The notes: generated from the letters alone by a model not told the origin. A stretch of 64,000 bases of DNA from an uncultured Acetobacteraceae bacterium (GCA_964658485.1 CAZZYX010000006.1:419-64418), one strand, 5' to 3'. Shown: positions 9,589-19,300, numbered from the stretch's first letter. Numbers and translations are program-made.

Positions 9589-10785
9589 ATGAGCATTTAC
9601 GCGGGTCAGGGAGATCACATTTTCGGGCGCAAGCGCCCGCTGCTCGAACAACCGGGGGTGCACCCGGTGTCGATCGAGCCAAAGCGGGATACCGAATTCC
9701 GGCCCCTTCCCGATCCTACCGGCGCCAGTCCGTTTCACCTTCCGCTCGACAGCGTGCTCGCGCCCGACGACTATGCAGCGATCGTCGCTTCCGGCCAATT
9801 GATGTTCCATTTCAACGGCGACATGGGCGGCATCAAGGATGCCATGCCGCAAGCGCTGGTCGCCAAGGGAATGGAGAAAAGCTTCGATCCGTCGCGCGGT
9901 GTCGGCCAAAACCCCGCTTTTCTCTACATCACCGGCGACTGCGTCTATTTCAACGGCGAAGTAAGCGAGTACTACGCGCAGTTCTACGAACCATACGAGT
10001 TCTATCCCCGCCCGATCTTTGCGGTTCCGGGCAATCACGACGGCGAAAACCTGCCGAACGATCAAACCCTTACCGGTTTCGTTCGCAATTTCTGCGCTCC
10101 CCATCCGGTGAAGATGCCCGAATCACAGGATTCGCATCGCACCGCGATGGTTCAGCCGAATGTCTATTGGACCCTGCTGACACCGTTCGTGAATTTTGTC
10201 GGCCTCTATTCCAACGTCCCCGAGGGCGGCGTCATCAAACCACCGCAGACCGAATGGCTGGCTAACGAATTGCGCACCCAGCCCACCGACGTGCCGCTGA
10301 TCGTAACCCTGCACCATCCCCCGTTTTCAGCCGACGATCATCATTCGGGCAGCGCCTATATGCGCGACGTCATCGACCAGGCCAGCACCGCCGCCGGCCG
10401 CGCGCCGGACATGGTCGTCGCGGGCCATGTCCACAATTACCAGCGCATGTCCCGCACCGACGCCGCCGGCAACGTCCAGCCATTCCTGGTCACCGGCGCC
10501 GGCGGCTATCACAATCTTCATCACGTCCAGAAGGTCGCCGGCAAAGCCATGATCCCGCCGGTCATCCTGGACCGTTCGGGCGGCAAGACGGTAACCCTGG
10601 AAGCCTATCTCGACGACCACCACGGTTTTCTCGAAGTGACGATCGGCAATGGCCGCATTACCGGCGACTATTACCAGGTGCCGCGCCCGCAGGAACCCTA
10701 CAGCAAGGGCAACCAGCTGACCGACCATTGGGAATTCGACTGGAAAGCCAAGCGCTGGCTGACCAATGATCTGACGCCCGGCTGA
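9589..10785 (+). CDS. Metallophosphoesterase (calcineurin-like) family protein
   Basis: GGAGG RBS before ATG 9589. GDxxY..GNHD..LHHP..GHVHNYQR motif series. The first ~110 codons of ORF 9262.. have no coding character. Confidence 0.8.
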   Translation: MSIYAGQGDHIFGRKRPLLEQPGVHPVSIEPKRDTEFRPLPDPTGASPFHLPLDSVLAPDDYAAIVASGQLMFHFNGDMGGIKDAMPQALVAKGMEKSFDPSRGVGQNPAFLYITGDCVYFNGEVSEYYAQFYEPYEFYPRPIFAVPGNHDGENLPNDQTLTGFVRNFCAPHPVKMPESQDSHRTAMVQPNVYWTLLTPFVNFVGLYSNVPEGGVIKPPQTEWLANELRTQPTDVPLIVTLHHPPFSADDHHSGSAYMRDVIDQASTAAGRAPDMVVAGHVHNYQRMSRTDAAGNVQPFLVTGAGGYHNLHHVQKVAGKAMIPPVILDRSGGKTVTLEAYLDDHHGFLEVTIGNGRITGDYYQVPRPQEPYSKGNQLTDHWEFDWKAKRWLTNDLTPG

Positions 10786-11000
10786 ATCACCAGCCGCCAT
10801 GCGATAGGGTACGAGCGGGGTTAGCGAAGCAGCTTGTCTGCGTGCCGGCCATGCGTTGCAGGATATTCCCGACCGGTCCGGGCAATGCTGTCGGCTATAA
10901 TACATGATATCACCCGAAATTTGGCCGGCATAACTGGCCATTACTCATTTTGCCTGTTTAAGCGCCCGAGCGCGGAAATATCCGCGGTCAGGGAGATACC

Positions 11001-11597
11001 ATGAATAATAAAATGATTATTGCCGCCATTGCTGCCGTTTCAATGAGTATACCTGCTTATGCCAGTGGCGCTTCGCCAACTATCTATGGCGGCGTCGAGA
11101 CAGGCTTCGACCATGTTTCAGCTCACGACGTCGCACATGGCAACGGCCTGGTTTATGGCGGCGTGCTGGGCGTGCAGCAAAAAGTGGACAACGATTTCGT
11201 GTTGGGCCTCGAAGCTGAAGCCATGGGTGCGACGACCCGCAAGTCTTATCGGGATAATGTAGGCGATAACCTGGAGATCAAGGCCGGCCGTGACCTGGCG
11301 GTCAGCCTGCGTGCAGGCTATATTGCCAACCCCAGCCTGCTCCTTTATCTAAAAGGCGGCTATACCAATGCCCGTTTCACGGCCGACTATAACGATGGCG
11401 AGGGCGACTCGCTCAGCGGTGGAACGAACCTGAACGGCTACCGACTGGGCACCGGGTTTGAAGCAGGGTCGGGCAAGCTGCGCTTCCGCGCGGAATACCG
11501 CTATTCCAACTATGGAAATTTGCAATTGTTCGGTATTCGTACAGGCGTCACCGTCCGGCGCCAACAAGTTATCGCCGGCATAATTTACGGTTTTTAA
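11001..11597 (+). CDS. Small outer-membrane beta-barrel protein (OmpA-like/porin family 8-strand type)
   Basis: Signal peptide ..MSIPAYA, alternating beta-strand pattern, and C-terminal ..AGIIYGF with terminal Phe (OMP sorting signature). Confidence 0.8.
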   Translation: MNNKMIIAAIAAVSMSIPAYASGASPTIYGGVETGFDHVSAHDVAHGNGLVYGGVLGVQQKVDNDFVLGLEAEAMGATTRKSYRDNVGDNLEIKAGRDLAVSLRAGYIANPSLLLYLKGGYTNARFTADYNDGEGDSLSGGTNLNGYRLGTGFEAGSGKLRFRAEYRYSNYGNLQLFGIRTGVTVRRQQVIAGIIYGF

Positions 11598-11603
11598 TCA
11601 AAT

Positions 11604-11630
11604 CGAGGGAAGGTTTACGACCTTCCCTCG
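11604..11630. terminator. Perfect 10-bp stem hairpin between convergent genes
   Basis: CGAGGGAAGG-tttacga-CCTTCCCTCG, 6 nt after the OMP stop and about 50 nt after the gabD stop. There is no clear U-tract on either strand. Confidence 0.4.
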
Positions 11631-11678
11631 CATTCTGCCTGCCCGGGCGAACCACCCCTCCCCCAAACCGGCGAAAGC

Positions 11679-13133
11679 TTACCCGGCAGGTGCGATTCCC
11701 ATGCACAGATATTTGATTTCCATGTAGTCATCCAGCCCGTGGCGCGACCCTTCGCGGCCCAGCCCCGATTGCTTGACTCCGCCGAACGGCGCGACCTCGG
11801 TCGAAATGAGCCCGGTGTTGATGCCTACCATGCCCGCCTCCAGTGCCTCGCCGACACGCCACACCCGGCTGAGGTCGCGCGCATAGAAATAGCTGGCCAG
11901 GCCGAATTCGCTGTCATTGGCTAACCGGATCGCCTCGGCTTCGTCGGTGAAGCGGATCACCCCGGCCAACGGACCAAAGGTTTCCTCGCGCGCCAGCAGC
12001 ATGTCGGCCTTTACCTCGCTGACCACGGTGGGCATGAAATAATTGCCGCCAAGCGGACTATGCGTACCACCGGCCAGCACCTTGGCGCCGCCCGCCAGGG
12101 CGTCGGCGAGATGCTCGACGACCTTGGCTACCCCCGCCGCATTGATCAACGGCCCGACCATGCTGCCGTCGTCCATGCCATAGCCGACCTTCAGCGCACT
12201 GACCCGCGCGGCCAGCTTGGTGACGAATTCATCATAGACCCCGTCCTGGACGTAAAAGCGGTTGGTACAGACGCAGGTCTGGCCGTTGTTGCGAAATTTC
12301 GAGATCATCGCGCCTTCGATCGCGGCATCGATATCGGCATCGTCGAACACCAGGAACGGCGCATTGCCCCCCAGTTCCATCGACAGCTTCTTGATCGTCG
12401 CGGCGCAGTCGCGCATCAGATCGCGGCCGATTTCGGTCGAACCGGTGAACGTGAGCTTGCGCACCACCGGGTTCGCGGTCAGTTCGCCGCCGATCGCGCG
12501 CGCGCTGCCCGTCACCACGTTGAACACCCCGGCCGGCACCCCCGCCTGCTCGGCCAGCAGCGCCAGCGCCAGCGCCGAAAACGGCGTCGCCGAGGCAGGC
12601 TTCAGCACCATCGTGCAGCCTGCCGCCAGCGCCGGCCCCAGCTTGCGGGTAATCATTGCGCAGGGGAAATTCCACGGCGTTACCGCGGCGACCACGCCAA
12701 CCGGCTGGCGCAGCGTGACGATGCGGCGATCGGCGGCATGGCTGGGGATGACTTCGCCATAGGCGCGCTTGCCCTCTTCGGCGAACCATTCGATGTAACT
12801 GGCGCCGTACACGATTTCGCCCGTCGCCTCGGCCAGCGGCTTGCCCTGCTCGCGTGTCAGCAGCTCGCCCAGTTCGGCTTGATGCGCGATCATCAGCTCG
12901 AACAGCTTGCGCATGATCTTGGCCCGGTCCCCGGCGGTGGTCGCCCGCCAGCCCGGCAGCGCCGCCTGCGCCGCGGCAATGGCGCGCGCGGTTTCGTCCG
13001 CGCCCATGTTCGGCACGGTACCGATGACCTGGCCGGTGCCGGGGTCCTTGACATCCAGCGTCCCGCCGCCATCGGCATCGCACCATTTACCGCCGATGTA
13101 GGCCTGATGCTTAAGGAAATCGGTATAGCTCAT
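11679..13133 (-). CDS. gabD: NAD(P)-dependent succinate-semialdehyde dehydrogenase family aldehyde dehydrogenase
   Basis: MSYTDFLKHQAYIGGKW.., VTPWNFP, GSTEIG, ELGGNAP and catalytic GQTCVC motifs. ATG at 13133 chosen; the ORF-track start at 13199 would add 22 non-conserved residues. Confidence 0.8.
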   Translation of the reverse strand: MSYTDFLKHQAYIGGKWCDADGGGTLDVKDPGTGQVIGTVPNMGADETARAIAAAQAALPGWRATTAGDRAKIMRKLFELMIAHQAELGELLTREQGKPLAEATGEIVYGASYIEWFAEEGKRAYGEVIPSHAADRRIVTLRQPVGVVAAVTPWNFPCAMITRKLGPALAAGCTMVLKPASATPFSALALALLAEQAGVPAGVFNVVTGSARAIGGELTANPVVRKLTFTGSTEIGRDLMRDCAATIKKLSMELGGNAPFLVFDDADIDAAIEGAMISKFRNNGQTCVCTNRFYVQDGVYDEFVTKLAARVSALKVGYGMDDGSMVGPLINAAGVAKVVEHLADALAGGAKVLAGGTHSPLGGNYFMPTVVSEVKADMLLAREETFGPLAGVIRFTDEAEAIRLANDSEFGLASYFYARDLSRVWRVGEALEAGMVGINTGLISTEVAPFGGVKQSGLGREGSRHGLDDYMEIKYLCMGIAPAG

Positions 13134-13269
13134 GGCAGTCCTTTCGAGATCGGTGGCGGTGTTCGTGCGGGACATAGGCAGGGCTTCCCCACCTGACAAC
13201 CGGGCGCCGGAGTGGGTGGGTCAGGTCGCCCGTATCGGCGCCTGTGCCCGCCGGCATCATCCCCCGGTT

Positions 13270-13830
13270 TTATCTGCCGCCGCTGACCGCGACCGCATCG
13301 AGGCGCATCGTCAGTTCCTTATCTAGCCAGCTCCCGACGTGGAAGTGATGTTCGCCAACTACGACGAAGCCCCAGCGCCGGTAAAGCTCCTGCGCGCGGA
13401 TGTTGCCGGACCACACGCCCAGCCAGATCGGACCACCCTGGTCGGCCAGCCAATCCAGCGCATGCCCGAGCAAACGCTTGCCCAAACCGCTGCCCTGCGC
13501 GCTGCGTAGCAAATAAAGCTGATAGATCTCCCAGTCGCCTGGCTCGACTTCGTCGTTCGGCAGTTTGCATGGTCCGACATGGGCATAGGCGACCAGCTCG
13601 CCACCGGCATCTTCAGCCACCCAGGTCCGGTGTGCGGGATCGGCAAGCTCTGCCGCAACGCGCTCCAACCCGTAGCTTTCCACTTCGAATATCGCGAGAT
13701 CGGCGGGCGGATAGGGGATGGCGAAGTCGTCGAGAAACGTCTCGCGGAAAGTCGCCAGCTTAAGCCGGCTCAGCGCGGCGGCGTCACCGGGCACGGCGTC
13801 GCGAATGGTGCCGGGACCGGTCATGACCAT
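13270..13830 (-). CDS. GNAT-family N-acetyltransferase
   Basis: Acetyl-CoA motif LRSAQGSGLGKRLL and ..AQELYRRWGF.. The start (ATG 13830 or 13824) overlaps the astB stop (ATGA at 13821-13824). Confidence 0.8.
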   Translation of the reverse strand: MVMTGPGTIRDAVPGDAAALSRLKLATFRETFLDDFAIPYPPADLAIFEVESYGLERVAAELADPAHRTWVAEDAGGELVAYAHVGPCKLPNDEVEPGDWEIYQLYLLRSAQGSGLGKRLLGHALDWLADQGGPIWLGVWSGNIRAQELYRRWGFVVVGEHHFHVGSWLDKELTMRLDAVAVSGGR

Positions 13831-15104
13831 AGCTCCGCTGTTTGCAGTTCGCCCAGGTCCAGCACCGCCAGCAAGGCACGGCGCGCGGTGCGTACGTCCT
13901 GCCACAACGCCGGCAGCGCCAGATCGGCGGGGGCGACGCGTTCGGGCCAATGGCGCTCGATCGCCTCGCCGATCAGGTCGAGCCGCGCGGCATCGACCAG
14001 GAAGCGCGGATCGACCGTCGCCGGATCGGCGAGCACGCGCAACCGCAGGCAGGCCGGGCCGCCGCCGTTGGCCATGCTTTGTCGCAACGCCACCGGATAC
14101 AGCGCGCGGATCGGGCCGTTAGTGGCCACCAACTGCTCCAGCCAGGCCCACACGCGCGGATTGTCCCGCGCCTCGGTCGGCAGGATCAGCGCCATGCCCC
14201 CGTCCGGCAGGTCAACCAGTTGCGCGTTGAACAGATAGGACGCGATGGCATCGGCCAGGCTGACCGCGCTGGCCGGCACCTCGATGATCGCGACATTCAT
14301 CCGCGCGCGTAATGCCGCATAAAGCTCGCCGGGGTCGGCAAAGGCCTGCTCATGCGCGAACAGCACCGCGCCATTGGCCACCGCCACGACATCGTTGTGA
14401 AACGCCCCGGCAGCGATTGCCGCAACCGATTGCCGAGCCAGGACCACCCGGTCGGGGTCCAGTCCATGCCGCCGCGCAACCGCCGCGCTGGCTTCGCGAT
14501 GCTGGCGAGCGGGGAATGGTCCCTGATGCCCGGCACCGTCCGCGCCATAGACGAACACCTCGATCCCCGGCTCGTCCGCGGCGTCGCAAAGCCGCATATG
14601 GTTCGCCGCGCCCTCGTCCCCAAACGGCACCGGCACCGGCGCATGCACCGCAAAGCCATCGCGGTCGGCAAAGGCCAGCCGCAATTGCGCCAGCGTACCG
14701 GGCCATTCCAGCGCGCGATGCGGCATGGTCATCAGGTTGGCGACGGTCAGGTGGCAGCGGCCATCGCCGCAATCGGGCGCGGGCGAGACGGTGGCGGCGT
14801 TAGCGGCCCACATCGCCGAGGCTGAAAAACCGTTGGCGCGCAGGCTGTCATCCGCCCCGGCCATGGTCGTGCCGAGCCGCTCCAGCCAGCCCTCGGCCGG
14901 CCGGTCATGCGGCAGCAGGATGCCCTGCACCAGCCCCAGGCTCAGGCATAGCCGCATCTTGGCGATCCCCTGCAAGGCCGCTTCGCGCGGAAAGGCTATG
15001 CCCCCGGCACTACGCGTCGCCGCCAGATTGCCGAGGCTGAGCCCGGCAAAATTATGGCTGGGGCCGACAATCCCATCGAAATTGATCTCGCGCAGCCTGC
15101 TCAT
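13821..15104 (-). CDS. astB: N-succinylarginine dihydrolase
   Basis: MSRLREINFDGIVGPSHNFAGLSLGNLAA opening and a length of about 427 aa are characteristic of AstB. Confidence 0.9.
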   Translation of the reverse strand: MSRLREINFDGIVGPSHNFAGLSLGNLAATRSAGGIAFPREAALQGIAKMRLCLSLGLVQGILLPHDRPAEGWLERLGTTMAGADDSLRANGFSASAMWAANAATVSPAPDCGDGRCHLTVANLMTMPHRALEWPGTLAQLRLAFADRDGFAVHAPVPVPFGDEGAANHMRLCDAADEPGIEVFVYGADGAGHQGPFPARQHREASAAVARRHGLDPDRVVLARQSVAAIAAGAFHNDVVAVANGAVLFAHEQAFADPGELYAALRARMNVAIIEVPASAVSLADAIASYLFNAQLVDLPDGGMALILPTEARDNPRVWAWLEQLVATNGPIRALYPVALRQSMANGGGPACLRLRVLADPATVDPRFLVDAARLDLIGEAIERHWPERVAPADLALPALWQDVRTARRALLAVLDLGELQTAELWS

Positions 15105-15106
15105 CG

Positions 15107-16126
15107 TCAGCGCCTTCCGACATAGGTGATGGTGTCGCCCGGTTTCAGGCCAAGCAATTCCGCCACGTCGGCATCGAGCATTACCCCATCTTTGCCGGTG
15201 ACGACCCGACCCAATGCCGCGCGAAAACCGGCGAGATGGCCGGTGGCGATCAGGCAGGACACCCCATCCCCGGCGCCAATACCGATCGCCGTCACCACCG
15301 CATCACGCGCATCGCGGATCGCGGCAATGCGGTCGGTAGCTATGTTCATGGTTGGCCCGCCATCGAAGATATCCAGGTAATTGTCGAAGCGGAAACCCTC
15401 CGCCTCCAGCATCCGCATCGCCGGCCGCCCCGAATCATGCGGCACACCCATCACCGCCAGCGCACTCTCGGCCAGCAGCGCGGTATAGATCGGGTGTTTG
15501 GGCATGAGGTCGGCGATGAACTGGTTGCCGTTGATGGCGTTGAACTCGTCCGCCTCCTGAAAGCTCATGCCGAAAAACCGCCCGGCCAGCCCATTCCAGA
15601 ACGGCGAACTGCCGGTATCGTCGATCACCCCCCGCAATTCGGCGATCGTGCGATCGGCAAAGCGCGCCCGGTGTCGGCGGATGAACAGATAGCGGCTGCG
15701 CGCCAGCAACGCGCCGCAGCCCCCCGACCGCGAGCCCGGCTCGAGATACAGGCCGCCAACCTCGCTCGACCCATCCAGATCGGTGCTCAACGTCAGCATT
15801 TCGGCGCGAAAGGTCGATCCCAGTTCGCGACTGACCTGGCTCATCGCGCCCAACCGGTACGAATAGAACGGATGACCCAGCCCCACTTTGGCGAAAATCT
15901 GGCTGGTGCCGTGTACCCCGCCGTCGCCATCGACCAGCGCGAACACGAAGCGGTCATCGGCGACGCCCTCATCCGATCGCGCCAGCGCGGCGGCAGAGCG
16001 CGCCAGCCGCTCGGCCAGCGCTTCACGCACCGGCGGCAGGTTGGTCAGGCCGCCGCCGGCCCCCTGCGCCATGCGGTAGATCGCATCGACATCACCGGTC
16101 TGGGCCGGGCGCACCAGAAAGCTCAT
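15107..16126 (-). CDS. astA: Arginine N-succinyltransferase
   Basis: MSFLVRPAQTGDVDAIYRMA.. and ..FYSYRLG..FIADLMPKHPIY.. are typical of the AstA/AruF family. The ATG at 16126 overlaps the upstream stop (ATGA). Confidence 0.85.
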   Translation of the reverse strand: MSFLVRPAQTGDVDAIYRMAQGAGGGLTNLPPVREALAERLARSAAALARSDEGVADDRFVFALVDGDGGVHGTSQIFAKVGLGHPFYSYRLGAMSQVSRELGSTFRAEMLTLSTDLDGSSEVGGLYLEPGSRSGGCGALLARSRYLFIRRHRARFADRTIAELRGVIDDTGSSPFWNGLAGRFFGMSFQEADEFNAINGNQFIADLMPKHPIYTALLAESALAVMGVPHDSGRPAMRMLEAEGFRFDNYLDIFDGGPTMNIATDRIAAIRDARDAVVTAIGIGAGDGVSCLIATGHLAGFRAALGRVVTGKDGVMLDADVAELLGLKPGDTITYVGRR

Positions 16127-17325
16127 GCCATCCCGTCGCGGTCGAGCCGGTGTAAGGTGAGCGCGGTCAGCCTGGCGCGCTCGGCCAGCGAGGCGACCTT
16201 GAGAAACTCGTCGGGCGAATGGATGGCGCCACCCTCCGCACCCATCGTATCGACCACCGGCACCCCGCAAGCGGCGATATTGTTGCCATCGCACACTCCC
16301 CCGGTATCGGCACGCGTGCAAGCCTGGCCCAAATCGGCTGCCGCGCGCGTTACCAGCGAGAACAGGCGCTGGGCGGCAGGATCAACCGGTTTCGGTGGAC
16401 GCGAAAAGCCGCCGTGCAATGCAATCGACACCTCGTGCAACGCCGCGACCTGTGCGACCAGTTCGGCGATTGCGGTCTGTGCGGAAGCTGCAGCCGCAGC
16501 GGTGTGCGAGCGGATATTGAAGCGCAGCACCGCCAGATCGGGCACGCGGTTGTTCGGGCCGCCGCCGTCGATGCGGGCCGGGTTGATCGACAGCCCGGGG
16601 CTTTGCGCCGCTGCCAGCCGCAGCGCCAGGTCGGCGGCGGCCAGCACCGCATTGCGACCATCGCGCGGATTGCGCCCGGCGTGAGCCGAGCGCCCGCGCA
16701 CCACGGCCGAGAAATTGCCCGATCCCGGCCGCGCGCCTGCCAGCACTCCCGGCGCCACCGCCGGCTCGTAGGTCAACGCCGCGATCTTGCCCGCCGCGAG
16801 ATCACGGATCAGCGGCGCCGAGGCCAGTGACCCGGTCTCTTCGTCGCTGTTGACCAGCACGTCGTAGCCCAGCGCCGGCCCACTCCGCTCGAACGCCATC
16901 AAGCCCGCCAGCATCAGTGCCAGCCCGGCCTTCATGTCGGCGGTGCCGGGGCCGTGCAGCGTGTCCGTATCGATCCAGTCGCAACTCTGGAACGGGTCAT
17001 CCGCGGCATAGACCGTATCCATATGCCCGGTCAGCAGCACTCGCCGCGCGGCTTCGGGCCGCACCCGCAGCACCAGATGCCGGCCATTGCGCACCGCGAT
17101 CTCGCGCCCGTCCGCTCCGATCGCGGTAACCGGCGCGGGATCGACCAGTTCGACCGACCCCGGCAGCCCGGCAAAGGCCTGCGCCAACCTACCGGCCACG
17201 TCGGCCAGCCCCGCCAGGTTGCCGGTGCCGCTGTTGACCGCTGCCCAATCAAGCACCTGGTCGAGCATCGGCGCCGGCACGATCGGGTCGATCAGGCGCT
17301 GCTCCGCCGGGGTCAGCCTAGTCAT
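16123..17325 (-). CDS. M20-family metallohydrolase (ArgE/DapE/Cpg2-like desuccinylase/deacylase)
   Basis: ..LLTGHMDTVY.., ..NSDEETGS.. and C-terminal ..GAIHSPDEF.. are M20 metal-ligand motifs. It is the first gene of the ast-like operon. Confidence 0.8.
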   Translation of the reverse strand: MTRLTPAEQRLIDPIVPAPMLDQVLDWAAVNSGTGNLAGLADVAGRLAQAFAGLPGSVELVDPAPVTAIGADGREIAVRNGRHLVLRVRPEAARRVLLTGHMDTVYAADDPFQSCDWIDTDTLHGPGTADMKAGLALMLAGLMAFERSGPALGYDVLVNSDEETGSLASAPLIRDLAAGKIAALTYEPAVAPGVLAGARPGSGNFSAVVRGRSAHAGRNPRDGRNAVLAAADLALRLAAAQSPGLSINPARIDGGGPNNRVPDLAVLRFNIRSHTAAAAASAQTAIAELVAQVAALHEVSIALHGGFSRPPKPVDPAAQRLFSLVTRAAADLGQACTRADTGGVCDGNNIAACGVPVVDTMGAEGGAIHSPDEFLKVASLAERARLTALTLHRLDRDGMA

Positions 17326-17530
17326 GCAGCGGAGCGATATGGAGCGACATGGGGATCACGATTTCCTTTTACCAAATGCGATCATACCGGTTTAGGTTCT
17401 GCCGGAAACCCCCCGTGCTTCATCGTCCGTCATCCTTCTCCCTTCCGCAACGCAAGCGGGCGGGGAACGGGAGATGCCAGCCATGCAAATCATCGTGCAT
17501 CGACCTGCGGTTTCCGGCGTTGTGTTGGCG

Positions 17531-19060
17531 ATGACCCCAGTCCGCAATCTCATCCTTGTGCTTGGCGACCAGCTGACGCCGGCACTCTCCAGCCTGTCCG
17601 CAGGCGATCCGGCGCATGATCGCGTGCTCATGGCCGAGCTTCAGGACGAGGCCAGCTATGTCCGGCATCACCAGAAGAAGATCGCCTTCCTGTTCTCGGC
17701 CATGCGCCATTTTGCCGAAGAGTTGCGCCGCGCCGGCTGGACAGTCGATTACGTCACGCTGGATGCGAGCAATAATCGGGGCAGCTTTTCAGCGCAGCTG
17801 GCCCAGGCCGTAACGGATTACCGACCCGAGCGGATCGTCGTCACCGAAGCGGGCGAGTGGCGTATTTCGCAAATGCTGGAAAGCTGGCACACGCGGTATG
17901 CGATCCCGGTCGATATCCTGCCGGATGATCGTTTCCTGTGTTCGTCCGAAACCTTCCTGGCTTGGGCGACAGGCCGCAAACAGTTGCGCATGGAGTATTT
18001 CTATCGCGACATGCGCCGCCGGACGGGGCTGTTGATGGACGGCGATCGACCCGCCGGTGGCAAATGGAACTTCGATACGGAGAACCGCAAGCCGGCAGAC
18101 ATCGACCTGTTCATGCCGCGCCCGCCGGCGGTCGCACCCGATGCCATCACCACCGACGTGCTGGCGCTGGTTGCGGCTCGCTTCGACACTCATTTCGGCG
18201 ACCTGATGCCGTTCCGGTTCGCGGTCACGCGCGCTGACGCCGAAGCGGCCTTTGCGGAATTCGTGAGCAACTCATTGCCGCGCTTTGGCGATTATCAGGA
18301 CGCCATGCTCATTGGCGAGCCGTTCCTTTATCATGCGGTCATCGCCCTGTACCTGAATTGCGGCTTGCTCGATCCCCTGGCGGTCTGCCGACAGGTCGAG
18401 GCGGCGTGGCGCACGGGCGCGGTGCCGCTGAATGCGGCGGAAGGCTTCATCCGCCAGATCATCGGCTGGCGCGAGTATATCCGGGGTATCTACTGGCTGA
18501 AGATGCCCGGCTATGAAAACAGCAATTTTTTCGGCCACACCCGCTCGCTGCCCGATTTCTACTGGACGGCGGATACCGCCATGACCTGCGTCAAGGCCGC
18601 CGTCACGCAGACGAAGGAACACGCCTATGCCCACCACATCCAGCGGCTGATGGTTACCGGCAATTTCGCGATGCTGGCCGGGATCGATCCGCACCAACTG
18701 CATGAATGGTATCTGTGCGTCTATGCCGACGCCTATGAATGGGTGGAATTGCCGAACACGGTGGGAATGAGCCAGTTTGCCGATGGGGGCTTGCTCGCTT
18801 CCAAACCGTACGCGGCCAGCGGCGCTTATATCAACCGCATGTCGAATTATTGCGGCCGCTGCCGCTATGACGTGAAGCTGCGGACCGGGCCGGACGCCTG
18901 CCCCTTCAACGCCCTGTACTGGGACTTTATTGCGCGAAACCGGGCCAGGATCGTCAATAATCCGCGCATGGCGCAAATGGTGCGGACCTATGACAAATTC
19001 GCCAGCGACGAGCAGCAACGTATCGCCGACAGCGCGGCGACCTTCCTGGCCACCCTATGA
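17531..19060 (+). CDS. Cryptochrome/photolyase-family protein, FeS-BCP / (6-4) photolyase type (PhrB/CryB-like, COG3046)
   Basis: MTPVRNLILVLGDQL opening. The C-terminal half has four spaced Cys (..TCVKAAV.., ..NYCGRCRYD.., ..DACPFN..) matching the [4Fe-4S] ligands of this subfamily. Confidence 0.85.
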   Translation: MTPVRNLILVLGDQLTPALSSLSAGDPAHDRVLMAELQDEASYVRHHQKKIAFLFSAMRHFAEELRRAGWTVDYVTLDASNNRGSFSAQLAQAVTDYRPERIVVTEAGEWRISQMLESWHTRYAIPVDILPDDRFLCSSETFLAWATGRKQLRMEYFYRDMRRRTGLLMDGDRPAGGKWNFDTENRKPADIDLFMPRPPAVAPDAITTDVLALVAARFDTHFGDLMPFRFAVTRADAEAAFAEFVSNSLPRFGDYQDAMLIGEPFLYHAVIALYLNCGLLDPLAVCRQVEAAWRTGAVPLNAAEGFIRQIIGWREYIRGIYWLKMPGYENSNFFGHTRSLPDFYWTADTAMTCVKAAVTQTKEHAYAHHIQRLMVTGNFAMLAGIDPHQLHEWYLCVYADAYEWVELPNTVGMSQFADGGLLASKPYAASGAYINRMSNYCGRCRYDVKLRTGPDACPFNALYWDFIARNRARIVNNPRMAQMVRTYDKFASDEQQRIADSAATFLATL

Positions 19061-19227
19061 CCGAGCGATACACCAAGTCCAGTCTGCCCGAGAAAATCTG
19101 CGCCGCCTGCGGCCGGCCGTTCGCGTGGCGCAAGAAGTGGGCGCGCGACTGGGACGATGTAAAAACCTGTTCGGAACGTTGCAAAGGCGATTTGCGCCGA
19201 CGCGGCGGCACGACCAACCGGTCTTGA
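19057..19227 (+). CDS. DUF2256-family small zinc-ribbon protein (56 aa; absent from the ORF track)
   Basis: Hand translation gives MTERYTKSSLPEKICAACGRPFAWRKKWARDWDDVKTCSERCKGDLRRRGGTTNRS*. It has CxxC...CxxxC spacing, and its ATG overlaps the photolyase TGA (ATGA at 19057-19060). Confidence 0.75.
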   Translation: MTERYTKSSLPEKICAACGRPFAWRKKWARDWDDVKTCSERCKGDLRRRGGTTNRS

Positions 19228-19300
19228 CGCTCCGCGCACTATCCTCCGCAAATGCCCGATGCGACTTGCCAATCGAACTCAGATCCGGCATTATATTGCG

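Noticed and set aside
11358-11369. Additional partial matches to the TGGnnTATACCA motif (for example GCGGCTATACCA here, CTGACTATACCG near 47166 and CGGCCGATACCA near 53044)
   Set aside because: Each has 2-3 mismatches, including the outer TGG half-site, and each lies inside coding sequence. They are most likely chance occurrences.
12060-13196. 378-aa plus-strand ORF (with 15236..16684 and 27923..29146 as similar cases)
   Set aside because: These are antisense to gabD, astA/M20 and the Bcr-type MFS gene respectively, with no recognisable motifs.
17326-17530. Sigma-E-type promoter (TGATCC-N16-18-CGTA) upstream of the photolyase, and likewise 20122..20358 upstream of the CFA-synthase-like gene
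   Set aside because: Only partial strings occur (GGATCAC, CGATCC, GATCAT), and they have wrong spacing or orientation. A TGATCC at 17354-17359 (minus strand) lacks a CGTA at the correct spacing and lies too close to the M20 start codon.
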